A program made the translations under genes and the position numbers. From Salinispira sp. (GTDB taxonomy: Bacteria; Spirochaetota; Spirochaetia; DSM-27196; Salinispiraceae): a stretch of DNA of 64,000 nt. The notes below the pieces were generated by a model. The model saw nothing but the letters and a program-made list of their open reading frames with translations, made no database searches and had not been told where the DNA came from. Shown here piece by piece: positions 1 through 9,206 of this stretch. How positions within the stretch are numbered: position 1 is the first letter of the stretch; every line of letters begins with the position of its first letter. Where the stretch lies: the NCBI GenBank assembly GCA_965602015.1, contig OZ271918.1:2848001-2912000 (forward strand), written 5' to 3'.

Positions 1-1
1 G

Positions 2-412
2 CTATAGGGTCAAGAGCACTCCGGCCCCGATCATCATCAACAGACGGTAGCCCCCGTCAATGAGATATACCACCGGTTTGGTAAGGCGGAACGCACCGTT
101 GTTTATCTCAGACGCGGTGATAAGTCCGAGGCTCAGCAGAGCAGCCACGGCGATTCCACCGAGTATCGTATCAACTCCAGCAAGGTTGAGAACAGTTCCC
201 AGGACATACACAGACAGGGAGTTGGCGAGCAGCCCGAATACCATGGCCTTCCCTGGATTGGCGTTTTTCATATCTTCATCAGTGATACCTTCGGCTTCCT
301 GCCATATTTTGAAAAAAACCTTGGGACTGTACCAAACCATGCCTAGTATCAGGGACCATAGGATCCCCCCGGCAAGACCAAGCCAGTTCACAATAAATAG
401 TGATGCGTCCAT
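2..412 (-). CDS. DUF1761-family membrane protein
   Basis: About 4 hydrophobic helices with an N-terminal 'NWL..LGMVWYSPKVF..W' pattern; ATG at 412 preceded by a GGAGG RBS; TAG at 2-4. Confidence 0.75.
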   Translation of the reverse strand: MDASLFIVNWLGLAGGILWSLILGMVWYSPKVFFKIWQEAEGITDEDMKNANPGKAMVFGLLANSLSVYVLGTVLNLAGVDTILGGIAVAALLSLGLITASEINNGAFRLTKPVVYLIDGGYRLLMMIGAGVLLTL

Positions 413-597
413 AGCTACCTCCAAAATCTCTTCAGAATCCGAAAGTAAATATTACTGATAAGACTAGCTTAGTTCGAAAATCCGTGGCCTGCAATAGCTG
501 CCGGAACTCAGTATCTGCGGCTGGTTTTCCTAAGCCGTTTCTCTGTGGTCCACTTCCCTTCTCTAAAGCGCCCCGCAAAGCTTCTGAACCAAAGCAG

Positions 598-625
598 TTG
601 ACGAAACCGCAAAAATCCCTATAAT
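598..625 (+). promoter_or_regulatory. sigma70-type promoter of tRNA-Pro
   Basis: TTGACG-16 nt-TATAAT ending about 37 nt upstream of the tRNA. Confidence 0.75.
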
Positions 626-662
626 TGGGCTCTCAAAACGGACGGAGCTCGTCTCCGGCCAT

Positions 663-736
663 CGGGCTGTAGCGCAGTGGTTTAGCGTACTTGTCTGGGG
701 GACAAGGGGTCGGGAGTTCAAATCTCCCCAGCCCGA
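663..736 (+). tRNA. tRNA-Pro(GGG)
   Basis: Acceptor stem CGGGCTG/CAGCCCG, anticodon stem CTTGT/ACAAG with loop CTGGGGG (GGG at 697-699), T-loop GTTCAAAT; CCA not encoded. Confidence 0.97.
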
Positions 737-741
737 TAATT

Positions 742-780
742 AAGCTCACGAGGTTAAATTGCGCCTCGTGGGCTTTTTTT
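742..780 (+). terminator. intrinsic terminator after tRNA
   Basis: Stem AAGCTCACGAGG/CCTCGTGGGCTT followed by a T-run. Confidence 0.85.
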
Positions 781-857
781 ACATGGGCCTGTCTAAACGG
801 TATCCGACTGGAAAAAAAACACCGTGTATCATTCTCACACAATGATGTACTACTCAA

Positions 858-879
858 AAATCAGCTGTTTTGGGGGCAC
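858..879 (-). repeat. 22-bp dispersed repeat, copy 1
   Basis: Reverse complement GTGCCCCCAAAACAGCTGATTT is identical to 8471-8492. Confidence 0.85.
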
Positions 880-965
880 TCAATACAGCTTGCCTTCCCC
901 GGCGAAATTCCCGATGTTTGTCTCAAAGAAACCCAGCTTTGCAAATCCCGGCGTAAGGAGCATTA

Positions 966-2357
966 ATGGACCATTTCGACGTTATCTGGATAGGAACGGG
1001 ACAGGCCACCGCCACCGCCGTACCGCGGCTGTCTGCGGCGGGAAAAACCGTCGCTGTCGTGGAGCGGGGACGATTCGGCGGATCCTGCGTGAACTACGGC
1101 TGTACGCCGACCAAGACTCTGGTAGCAAGCGCCAGGGCTGCCCACATGGCCCGCAGGGGTCCGGATTTCGGTATCGGAACCGGTGAGGTCACCGTTGATT
1201 TCCAAGCGGTAATGAAGCGCATGAACGCCGTAAGAAACGAGGGATCTGAAGGACTTGAGTCCTGGCTCGAGGGAATGGACGGGGTGGCATTGTATCGGGA
1301 CCACGCCCGATTCATCGATGATCACAGCATCGCCGTCGGCGACGCAACCATCAGCGGCGACACCATGGTCATTCACGTAGGCGCACGAGCAATTGCTCCT
1401 TCCATCCCGGGAATAGAAGAAATAGAATGGCTGGACAGCGCCGGTCTGCTGGATTTGGCATCCCTTCCTAAGCACCTTTTGGTGGTCGGGGGATCGTATA
1501 TCGGGCTTGAATTCTCGCAGGTTTTTAGGCGTCTGGGCAGTCAAGTGACTGTTCTTGAGCGGGGTTCCCAGATAATGTTCCGCGAGGATGAGGATATCGC
1601 CGCATCGGCAAAGGACTTTCTCCAGAGAGAAGGCATTGTAATAAAAGAGAACTCCGAGATAACCCGGCTGGAAAAAACCGCAGCCGGGTTCACCGCCTTT
1701 GTAAAAGCGGACGGTAAGGATGAATCAATAGATGCGAGTCACCTCCTGGTAGGCGTGGGAAGGGCTCCGAACAGCGATTCCCTCGATCTGGGCAAGGCCG
1801 GGGTACACGTTGATGAGCGTGGATACATTACTGTAGACGAGTTCGGGCGCAGCAGCGCATCCCACATTTATGCCCTTGGAGATGTAAACGGACGAGGTGC
1901 CTTCACCCACAGCTCGGTGAACGACGGCCAGGTATTTCTGGACCATTACTTTCGCGGGGGGGACCGACGAATCCCCGACCGTCACCCAATTTATGCCCTG
2001 TATACCGACCCTCCCCTGGGCAGAATCGGGATAAACGAAAAAGATGCCGGAAAATCCGACGGGGAATACCTCATGGCAACCATGCCAATGTCGGGAATAT
2101 CCCGGGCCAGGGAAAAGTCCGAAACCGCCGGCCTGGTTAAAATCATAGTGGACAAGGAAAAAAACACCATAGCCGGAGTCTCCCTCCTCGGCGTGGGCGG
2201 AGATGAAATAATCAGCATGTTCGCGCCTCTTGTCTATGAGGGAATCTCCGTGGACAGTTTCCGGAAAATGGTGCTTCCCCACCCAACGGTCGCCGAACTT
2301 ATGCCCTGGGTTCTCGACAACCTGGCTCCCCTGAGCCAAAACGGAGCTGAGTCATGA
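966..2357 (+). CDS. class I pyridine nucleotide-disulfide oxidoreductase (mercuric-reductase-like family, no C-terminal CC)
   Basis: GxGxA FAD motif, GGSCVNYGCTPTK redox disulfide, GGSYIGLE NAD(P) motif, C-terminal HPTVAE. Confidence 0.88.
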   Translation: MDHFDVIWIGTGQATATAVPRLSAAGKTVAVVERGRFGGSCVNYGCTPTKTLVASARAAHMARRGPDFGIGTGEVTVDFQAVMKRMNAVRNEGSEGLESWLEGMDGVALYRDHARFIDDHSIAVGDATISGDTMVIHVGARAIAPSIPGIEEIEWLDSAGLLDLASLPKHLLVVGGSYIGLEFSQVFRRLGSQVTVLERGSQIMFREDEDIAASAKDFLQREGIVIKENSEITRLEKTAAGFTAFVKADGKDESIDASHLLVGVGRAPNSDSLDLGKAGVHVDERGYITVDEFGRSSASHIYALGDVNGRGAFTHSSVNDGQVFLDHYFRGGDRRIPDRHPIYALYTDPPLGRIGINEKDAGKSDGEYLMATMPMSGISRAREKSETAGLVKIIVDKEKNTIAGVSLLGVGGDEIISMFAPLVYEGISVDSFRKMVLPHPTVAELMPWVLDNLAPLSQNGAES

Positions 2358-2854
2358 GCGGTCCGAAAAACCGCATCGTGCCCGGACCTGGCCAGGAGTC
2401 GGTGTGGGATTATCCCCGGCCTCCTAAACTTGAAGCAAGCGCCAAACGAATACAGGTTTTTTTCAACGGGATGGAGATCGCATCCAGCAGCAGGAGTTTC
2501 AGGCTCCTGGAGACCAGCCACCCGCCGGCATACTATCTACCAAGGGCGGATGTCAAAATGGAGTATTTCCGTCCGGTGTCCAACCGGAGCTTTTGCGAGT
2601 GGAAAGGCCAGGCCTCCTATTTCACCGTCAGCGTCGCGAACGAAAGCGCCGAGGCCGCAGCCTGGACCTACGAGAACCCGTCGCCGGACTATCTGCCGCT
2701 CAAGGGTTATGTGGCTTTCTATCCGGGCAAAATGCAGCGCTGTCTGGTGGACGGAGAACAGGCTGTTCCCCAGTCAGGAGGGTTTTACGGCGGATGGATC
2801 ACCAAAGACATCGTCGGCCCTTTCAAGGGAGAGCCGGGAACCATGTTCTGGTAA
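2354..2854 (+). CDS. DUF427 domain protein
   Basis: ESVWDYPRPP, ETSHPP.YY.P, SFCEWKG.A.Y and FYGGWIT motifs; ATGA overlap with the upstream gene. Confidence 0.9.
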   Translation: MSGPKNRIVPGPGQESVWDYPRPPKLEASAKRIQVFFNGMEIASSSRSFRLLETSHPPAYYLPRADVKMEYFRPVSNRSFCEWKGQASYFTVSVANESAEAAAWTYENPSPDYLPLKGYVAFYPGKMQRCLVDGEQAVPQSGGFYGGWITKDIVGPFKGEPGTMFW

Positions 2855-2875
2855 AAACCGCTTCCCGAGGTTCCG

Positions 2876-3949
2876 TCAGCCCGGGCAGTCCTTGATGTAA
2901 CAGAAATCCGGTCCATTGGCGGATTTGCTTCGAAGGTGGATCGATCCGCCGCGGCAGTAGATCCATTCAGAACAATCCTCGCAAAGACCGGTTTTTAGCC
3001 AGCTTTTATCCCGATACTCCTCAAAGCCCTCCTGCCAGACCTTCAGGAAATTATCGGTGAAGATATTTCCCTGATAATACTCCGGACCGTTGTTGTTGCA
3101 GCCGGTGATGGTGCCGTCGCACAGAATTGATGCGATGTTGATTCCCGACCGGCAAAAAAACGGCTCATCCCTGACCTGGGTATCCAGATCGAATGGCAGG
3201 TAGCCCTCGCAGCTGAAGGTGAGGTTTATTCCCCGGTTTTTATAGGCTTTGCGGTTTTCGGCAATCCATCGGACCAGTTGCCGGGACTGATCGAAATCGA
3301 GCTTCAGCTCCGGACGGGTTTCCGCCCGGCCCTTGGGAAAAATCCGGAAAAGGCGGTGACTGTTCATCCGGTTCTCCAGGAGAAAATCAGTTATGTCGTT
3401 CAATTGTCCCAGGTTTCCCGGCCACACGCAGGTTACCGCGTCCCTGACGGCGATATCGCTTTGGCCGATCAGGTAAATCGTCTTCACGATCCTGTCATAG
3501 GCTCGGGAGGAATTCCTGATGAAGGATGTGGATTCCCGGTTGCCGTCGAATGAAACGGTAATGCTCGCGATGCCATAGTCGGTCAGGGTTTGCAGCCGTT
3601 TTTCGTTCATGCTGATTCCGTTGGTGACCATTCCCCAGGGAAAGCCCCGGTCAGACAGGGCCTTGGTAATGATTGTCAGGTCCCGGTGGATTGTCGGTTC
3701 GCCCCCGGTGAGCACGATAACCGGAAGCGGGGAAAAGGTCCTGCAGAGGTAGTCCATGATTTTGATCCAACTGTCGGTGGTCAGCTCGTTCATGGACGGC
3801 GAACTCTCGCAATCCGAACCGCAGTGGACACAGCTCAGGTTGCATGTCCTTGTCAGTTCAAAAAACAGATAGCGGAGACTGGAATCCCGCATTTCTGAAG
3901 CTGTATAGAGATGATAAAGCCGTTGTCGGAGGGCAGCCATAAGCCCCAT
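2876..3949 (-). CDS. radical SAM/SPASM enzyme of the rSAM/lipoprotein type (TIGR04133-like), putative splicease
   Basis: CNLSCVHC (CX3CX2C) followed by GSDC, TGGEP, and a SPASM region C..GI...SI..DG...GC ...QGNI...C..C....C.GG..H. Confidence 0.85.
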   Translation of the reverse strand: MGLMAALRQRLYHLYTASEMRDSSLRYLFFELTRTCNLSCVHCGSDCESSPSMNELTTDSWIKIMDYLCRTFSPLPVIVLTGGEPTIHRDLTIITKALSDRGFPWGMVTNGISMNEKRLQTLTDYGIASITVSFDGNRESTSFIRNSSRAYDRIVKTIYLIGQSDIAVRDAVTCVWPGNLGQLNDITDFLLENRMNSHRLFRIFPKGRAETRPELKLDFDQSRQLVRWIAENRKAYKNRGINLTFSCEGYLPFDLDTQVRDEPFFCRSGINIASILCDGTITGCNNNGPEYYQGNIFTDNFLKVWQEGFEEYRDKSWLKTGLCEDCSEWIYCRGGSIHLRSKSANGPDFCYIKDCPG

Positions 3950-3952
3950 CGG

Positions 3953-4363
3953 TCACCGTTCTTCCATGGTTACATCGATGGAAATATCTTCATCGCCATC
4001 GATGTCTTCCCGGGAAATAGTCCTGGTTTCCGAATCGAAATCCCCGAGATTCGCCGGGCCGTCGGTATCCCTCAGGGCAAGCGTGTAGCTGGTTTCGTAA
4101 TAATCTTCAATCATAAAATCCGCCTCGCCGGCCCAGTCGGTTTCGGTTTGCAACATCAGAACGTCGGGATCGTCGGCGGGCCTAACGGTTACCTCTAAAC
4201 CGGGAATGGGTTCGCCGTCCACATTGCGCGCGGTAACCGTACCGGGCTTCATCTCGTAGGGAACCCCGTACATGATCTGATAAATGACCCCGTAACAGGC
4301 GGTGAGAATCAGGGAAAAACTGCCCACCGCTATGAATCTCATGAGACGGTATATTTTATTCAT
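3953..4363 (-). CDS. lipoprotein with YG motifs (TIGR04134-like partner of the rSAM enzyme)
   Basis: Signal peptide with lipobox LTAC, then CYG and MYGVP, and a beta-rich domain containing DTDGPAN.GDF; ends 3 nt before the rSAM gene starts. Confidence 0.8.
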   Translation of the reverse strand: MNKIYRLMRFIAVGSFSLILTACYGVIYQIMYGVPYEMKPGTVTARNVDGEPIPGLEVTVRPADDPDVLMLQTETDWAGEADFMIEDYYETSYTLALRDTDGPANLGDFDSETRTISREDIDGDEDISIDVTMEER

Positions 4364-4473
4364 ATTAACTCCCCCGGTGAAGTATACACCGTCCAGTTAT
4401 GCACTTCAATGAGGTTCCTGCGCGATCGATAAAACCTGTTCCCCATCCCGTCATATCGGTTTACAGTGGCAGT

Positions 4474-7400
4474 ATGGCGTATCTCACTCCCCGTTTTATA
4501 ATAAATAACCATGTTGAAGGCAGGAAAAACGGTGAAATGCGGGTCATTTCCCTCTTCCTGGACATCTCGGGTTTCACTGCGATGACCGACTCCCTTATTT
4601 CACGGGGCAAGTCGGGAACTGAAACTCTTTCCCAGATAATCAATTCGGTATTTAAACCCCTTCTATCGGTGGTGTACGCCGCAGGAGGGTTCGTCACCAC
4701 CTTCGCCGGGGATGCGTTCACCGCGGTTTTTCCCCTGGAAGGCACAGCTGTTCTGTCCGGTCAAAACAATCCGGACGCAAAACAGGTGCTGGCCGCCGCT
4801 GCGGCAATGCTCAGGCAGTTTCACGACAAGCCCCTTCACCGGACGCCTTGGGGAGAATTCCTTCTCAAGGCAAAGGTTGGGATAGGATGCGGATCTGTTC
4901 AGTGGGGTATTCTCCAGGATGATGATTCGGCAGGATATTACTTCCGGGGTCCAGGCATCGATTCGGCCGCGGAAGCCGAGCATCACTGCCAGCCCGGCGA
5001 CCTGGCCATTACAGCAGACCTCGAAGTCGATATATCGGAGGCCGGCTCTGAGCTGCCCCGCCAATTGGGTAATTACCTGGTGCTCAAACCGGATTTTTCC
5101 CGGGCAGCCTCCGCTGAGGGCGGGCTCTCCAACGATGCCCGTGCTGCCCTGGAGATCGGATTCCCTCAGGAGACCGCATCGCTTTTTATGCCGCTGCGCT
5201 TTCTCCCGGGAGGCAGCGGAGGGGAATTTCGGGAAATCGTAAGCGTGTTTATTTCTTTCGACGACCGTTCGATAGACCTGGATACCCTGTTTTCTTCGAT
5301 TACCCGCAATGTCCAGCGCAGCGGCGGGTATTTTAACCTCATCGACTTCGGCGACAAGGGCGGTGTAGCCCTGGTGCTTTTCGGCGCTCCGGTCAGCCTT
5401 GAATTCCCGGTACAACAGGCCCTGGATTTTACCTGGAATCTGCGAACCGAGGTGCCGGAGCTCCGGATCGGCATCTCCCGGGGTCCCTGCTATGCTGGCT
5501 ATGTCGGATCTGAATTGCGGAGCACGTATACCGCACTGGGAGGAGTAGTTAACCTCTCTGCCCGCTTGGCCATGTCAGCCGAAGGACCAGAGATCCTGGT
5601 GCAGGAGTCGCTCATCCGGGAAGTGTCCGAGGGTTACGGGTTTGAAGCGCTCAAGCCGCTCACACTGAAAGGTTTTGCCGAACCCCAGCCGCTGGCCAGG
5701 TTTGTGAAGCGCGAGCACGTTGCGTCGGGTTCCCGGGAGACCGGTGTGGGAAGAAGGACGGAAAACGAGCTTCTCAGCGATGCAGTTCAAAGGCTGGCTC
5801 AGGGCTACGGATTCGGCACAATTATTGTCAGCGGCGAGGCCGGCATCGGGAAGAGTCAACTGCTGTCCGATGTTATGTCGGGACTCGATGAGGCTGACCG
5901 ACCTCATACAATTTTTCTGCGCTATGACGATCTCAACCGGGGATTTTTGCGCCCTGTTGCGGACTACATCGGAGGAGTGCTGGAAGAGTACCAGATTGAC
6001 GATGCCGGCCGGAGTCCTGAGCAGATGCAAAAGGCATTCGAAAAGCTTCGTCTGGATTTACAAGCCGGGGACGGAGTCCCGGATTTTCTCATTAATGAGA
6101 TGAATCGCGCCCTCCCTCCGCTGATGTCCATGAAGGACGAATGGTATCCCTCTGAACCTTCGGGAGCAATGTCGGATTATTCACAGCTCGATTCCCAGGC
6201 CCAAAGCGACCGGGTTTTGGAGGCGCTGATCGCGGTCTTCTCCCTCATGGCCATTGGCAGTCCGCGGCTGATCGTCGTGGAAAACGCCCAGGACATGGAC
6301 GAGAGTTCGATAGAGCTGTTCAACCGATTACTGTCCAGGGCGAAGGAACTGCCGATATCGCTGCTTTTTCTCACCCGAAACGAGGATTTTTTTGCCCGCA
6401 TGACGGTTCCCAAATCCCAGTTCATCAGGCTTCAGGCCTTCACCCGGGATGAAATCGCCGAACTGGTCAAGAAGCGCTTCAAACTCAGCGGCAGCGGAGA
6501 TCTCATCGATTTTCTGGCGACCAGAACCGACGGAGTACCCCTCTACCTCCAGGAGTTACTGCGCTATCTCAGAGAGAAGGGACTGCTCTACACCGAGGCC
6601 GAGACTGTCCGCTTAAGAAGCGTCGATGCATCGGTACTGCCCTCCTCCCTAGAGGCCCTCATTCTGAGCCAAATTGATCGGCTTCCCCAAAAGACGAAGG
6701 CGGTGCTTTCCGCCGCTGCGGTTCTCGGACAACGGATTGAGCACCCGGTTCTGACCGAGATGATAGCAATCCTCAATGCTTCCGGCGACAAAAGCCTTCC
6801 GGCGGGGCAACAGGAGAACAAAGATATACTGGATGCCCTGGCCAGCGCGTCTATACTCAATGCCATTGACGACGGGGTCAGCGAGTTTACCAAAAGTCTG
6901 CTGCGGGATTCGCTGTACAAACTCCAGTTCGACCGGCGGCTTCAGGAGTTGCACGGAGCTGCTGCGGACAGCCTCCTGAGCTGTTATCCCGAAGACGCTG
7001 ACAGATCGGCACAAAAGGCTTACCACCTGGAACGATCCGATCGACCCGACGAGGCCAGGAAATTCTATCGGTTGGCAGCTGATGCCGCCTTGTATAATTA
7101 TCAGAACAGTCAGGCCATGCGCTACCTGGAATGTATTCTCGAGCTGTCGAATGACGACCGGGAAAAGGCGGAGGTCTACCTGGATATGGCTAAGATTCTC
7201 GAAGTCACCGGCGACTGGGATCAGGCCCGGAGGCGACTGGAACTTGGGGTCGGGCTGGCAACCATTTCCGGCGAAGAGGGCATGTATCAACAGTTTTTCT
7301 CCATGCTCGGCCAGATCAGTTTCCGAAGGGGAAACACCGGTCAGGCGAAGTCCTATTTCGAAAAGGCCCTTCGCCGGGGCGAATATGACCAGGTGACCGA

Positions 7401-8469
7401 GGCCATGGTGGAAGTCCGACTCGGTCTGGCGCGTTCCCTCATGCGGGAAGCCCGCAACGCAGAAGCGCTCTCCCGGCTTTTCGAATCCCGGGATCTCGCC
7501 AGGGAAAAGGGATACCGGGCCAAGGAGGCCCAAATCCTCTATCACCTCGGGCAGATTTACCGAAGCAGCGGCGAAAGCGAGCGGGCAGTCGAGGCCCTCG
7601 AGGAATCCCACCGGATGTTCGTCGAACTCAACCTCATCCGCGAAATAGCGAATCCTTTATACGATCTCGGGCAAATATATATGAACAGCGGCCGGCTGGG
7701 AGAATCTCGCGAGACATTTTCAAAGATTCTGGAAACCTACAGCCAGATCGGTTATAAAAGCGGACTGGCAGCCGCCCTCATTAATCTAGGCGCCATTGAA
7801 GACCAGGTGGGTAACTTCCAGGCGGCCAGTGACCATTACCGCCGATCCCGGAACATCGCCCAGGAAATCGAGGAAGCCCCGGCTCTGGGCTATGCCCTCT
7901 TCTGCCTGGGTTCAAGCGCGTACAAGGCGGGGGAGTATACCCAGGCAATCTCCTATCTGAATGATGCGTTCAAAATATTCAGGGATATCGACCTGCGGAC
8001 CTATTTCAGTTACCCACTTTCATACCTGGTCGCCACCAATGTGCGGATGGGCGAGGTTGATCAAGCTCTGGATGAGGCCCAGGAACTGCTAAAAATAATT
8101 CATGAGCTCGGTGAAGACGGTGAACACGGAAGGATTTTCCTATCCCTCGGGGAACTTTTTGAGCGCAAGCTTCCCCTAAGCGATAAAAACAAGCAGTCGG
8201 TAAAGCACATCGCCCGTCTGGCGGGAATGAAATTCGTCAGCGCCCAGGCATTGTATCGCAAGGCCATTGAGGAATCCCGCAATCCTAAGTACATAAACAC
8301 CCTCATTCCCGCCCTCTACAGCTACGGGCGGGTACTTATGGCATCCGCCGACCATGCGAAACGGGAAAGCGGTAGGACATATGTGCAGAGGGCGGTACGG
8401 GAGTGCAGAAGCGCCGGATGGGAGAGCTATCTGGGCAGAATCCTCAAGCAATTTCCGGAGATTGAATGA
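4474..8469 (+). CDS. soluble-AC-like adenylate cyclase with tandem class III domains, P-loop ATPase and TPR repeats
   Basis: FLDISGFT and FAGDA (C1), GDKG and YTALGGVVNLSARL (C2), GEAGIGKS Walker A, C-terminal TPRs; start placed at ATG 4474. Confidence 0.88.
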   Translation: MAYLTPRFIINNHVEGRKNGEMRVISLFLDISGFTAMTDSLISRGKSGTETLSQIINSVFKPLLSVVYAAGGFVTTFAGDAFTAVFPLEGTAVLSGQNNPDAKQVLAAAAAMLRQFHDKPLHRTPWGEFLLKAKVGIGCGSVQWGILQDDDSAGYYFRGPGIDSAAEAEHHCQPGDLAITADLEVDISEAGSELPRQLGNYLVLKPDFSRAASAEGGLSNDARAALEIGFPQETASLFMPLRFLPGGSGGEFREIVSVFISFDDRSIDLDTLFSSITRNVQRSGGYFNLIDFGDKGGVALVLFGAPVSLEFPVQQALDFTWNLRTEVPELRIGISRGPCYAGYVGSELRSTYTALGGVVNLSARLAMSAEGPEILVQESLIREVSEGYGFEALKPLTLKGFAEPQPLARFVKREHVASGSRETGVGRRTENELLSDAVQRLAQGYGFGTIIVSGEAGIGKSQLLSDVMSGLDEADRPHTIFLRYDDLNRGFLRPVADYIGGVLEEYQIDDAGRSPEQMQKAFEKLRLDLQAGDGVPDFLINEMNRALPPLMSMKDEWYPSEPSGAMSDYSQLDSQAQSDRVLEALIAVFSLMAIGSPRLIVVENAQDMDESSIELFNRLLSRAKELPISLLFLTRNEDFFARMTVPKSQFIRLQAFTRDEIAELVKKRFKLSGSGDLIDFLATRTDGVPLYLQELLRYLREKGLLYTEAETVRLRSVDASVLPSSLEALILSQIDRLPQKTKAVLSAAAVLGQRIEHPVLTEMIAILNASGDKSLPAGQQENKDILDALASASILNAIDDGVSEFTKSLLRDSLYKLQFDRRLQELHGAAADSLLSCYPEDADRSAQKAYHLERSDRPDEARKFYRLAADAALYNYQNSQAMRYLECILELSNDDREKAEVYLDMAKILEVTGDWDQARRRLELGVGLATISGEEGMYQQFFSMLGQISFRRGNTGQAKSYFEKALRRGEYDQVTEAMVEVRLGLARSLMREARNAEALSRLFESRDLAREKGYRAKEAQILYHLGQIYRSSGESERAVEALEESHRMFVELNLIREIANPLYDLGQIYMNSGRLGESRETFSKILETYSQIGYKSGLAAALINLGAIEDQVGNFQAASDHYRRSRNIAQEIEEAPALGYALFCLGSSAYKAGEYTQAISYLNDAFKIFRDIDLRTYFSYPLSYLVATNVRMGEVDQALDEAQELLKIIHELGEDGEHGRIFLSLGELFERKLPLSDKNKQSVKHIARLAGMKFVSAQALYRKAIEESRNPKYINTLIPALYSYGRVLMASADHAKRESGRTYVQRAVRECRSAGWESYLGRILKQFPEIE

Positions 8470-8470
8470 C

Positions 8471-8492
8471 GTGCCCCCAAAACAGCTGATTT
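8471..8492 (+). repeat. 22-bp dispersed repeat, copy 2
   Basis: GTGCCCCCAAAACAGCTGATTT, inverted relative to 858-879. Confidence 0.85.
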
Positions 8493-8787
8493 AAAGACGC
8501 TGATTTGTTCTCTACTTGGCAATCGTTGGCTTTTCATCGGAGATCGGAAGGCTTTGTGCTCTCCCGGTTCCCCGGACGGAGTTAATCGTCCGGGTCATCA
8601 ACGCTTTCCCCGATGAACCGAAGCTGTTGGATGTTTTCCATTTTCTCTTCAAGGCCCTTCAACTGGGCCCGTTCCTTGTCTGACAACCCCAGAGCGTGAA
8701 TTTCGAAATCAGGAAGTGCGTCATACCTCGCCTTAATGGTCCTGAATGACGCCAGATGCGGAAATTCGAAATTTTTTTTCCGGCTGA

Positions 8788-8814
8788 TGTAGAATTATAA
8801 TCGTGAGTATCGTC
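8788..8814 (+). promoter_or_regulatory. putative ECF42-type autoregulated promoter
   Basis: TGTAGA-17 nt-CGTC upstream of yciI-ECF, resembling the TGTCGA/CGTC motif recalled for ECF42. Confidence 0.45.
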
Positions 8815-8855
8815 TTTCTGGTAAATACTGTTGGCGAAAGCCGAAGGAGAAAGAA

Positions 8856-9206
8856 ATGAAGTACATGTTCCTGCTCTACGACAAGCCGGAAATCGACCCC
8901 AAACTCGAGGAAGAGGAAATGCCTCTGTGGTTCGAATATACAAAGAAACTGCAGGACGCCGGGGTGCTCATCGGAGGGGAAGCCCTTGAAGGAATCAGCA
9001 CTGCAACGACGATCCGGGGTAAGGCCGCCAAGGGCTACGAAATGTTCGACGGTCCCTTCGCTGAGACCAAGGAGGTCCTCTCGGGATATTACATCATCGA
9101 TGTTGACAATCTGGACGAAGCGGCGAAGTGGGCGTCACAGGTTCCCCACGTGGCTCACGGAGGCACGGTGGAAATTCGCCCGGTGTTCGAAATGCCCGAC
9201 GAGTAA
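8856..9206 (+). CDS. YciI/DGPF-family protein
   Basis: DGPFAETKE motif, G.VEIRP. Confidence 0.92.
   Translation: MKYMFLLYDKPEIDPKLEEEEMPLWFEYTKKLQDAGVLIGGEALEGISTATTIRGKAAKGYEMFDGPFAETKEVLSGYYIIDVDNLDEAAKWASQVPHVAHGGTVEIRPVFEMPDE

Noticed and set aside
966..2357. merA, or the missing E3 of the dehydrogenase complex
   Set aside because: There is no C-terminal CC pair, metal-binding domain or mer genes. It lies 25 kb from E1/E2 and its motifs fit the uncharacterised reductase subfamily better.
663..8492. Integrative element inserted at tRNA-Pro
   Set aside because: No integrase and no duplicated tRNA 3' end were found in the window.
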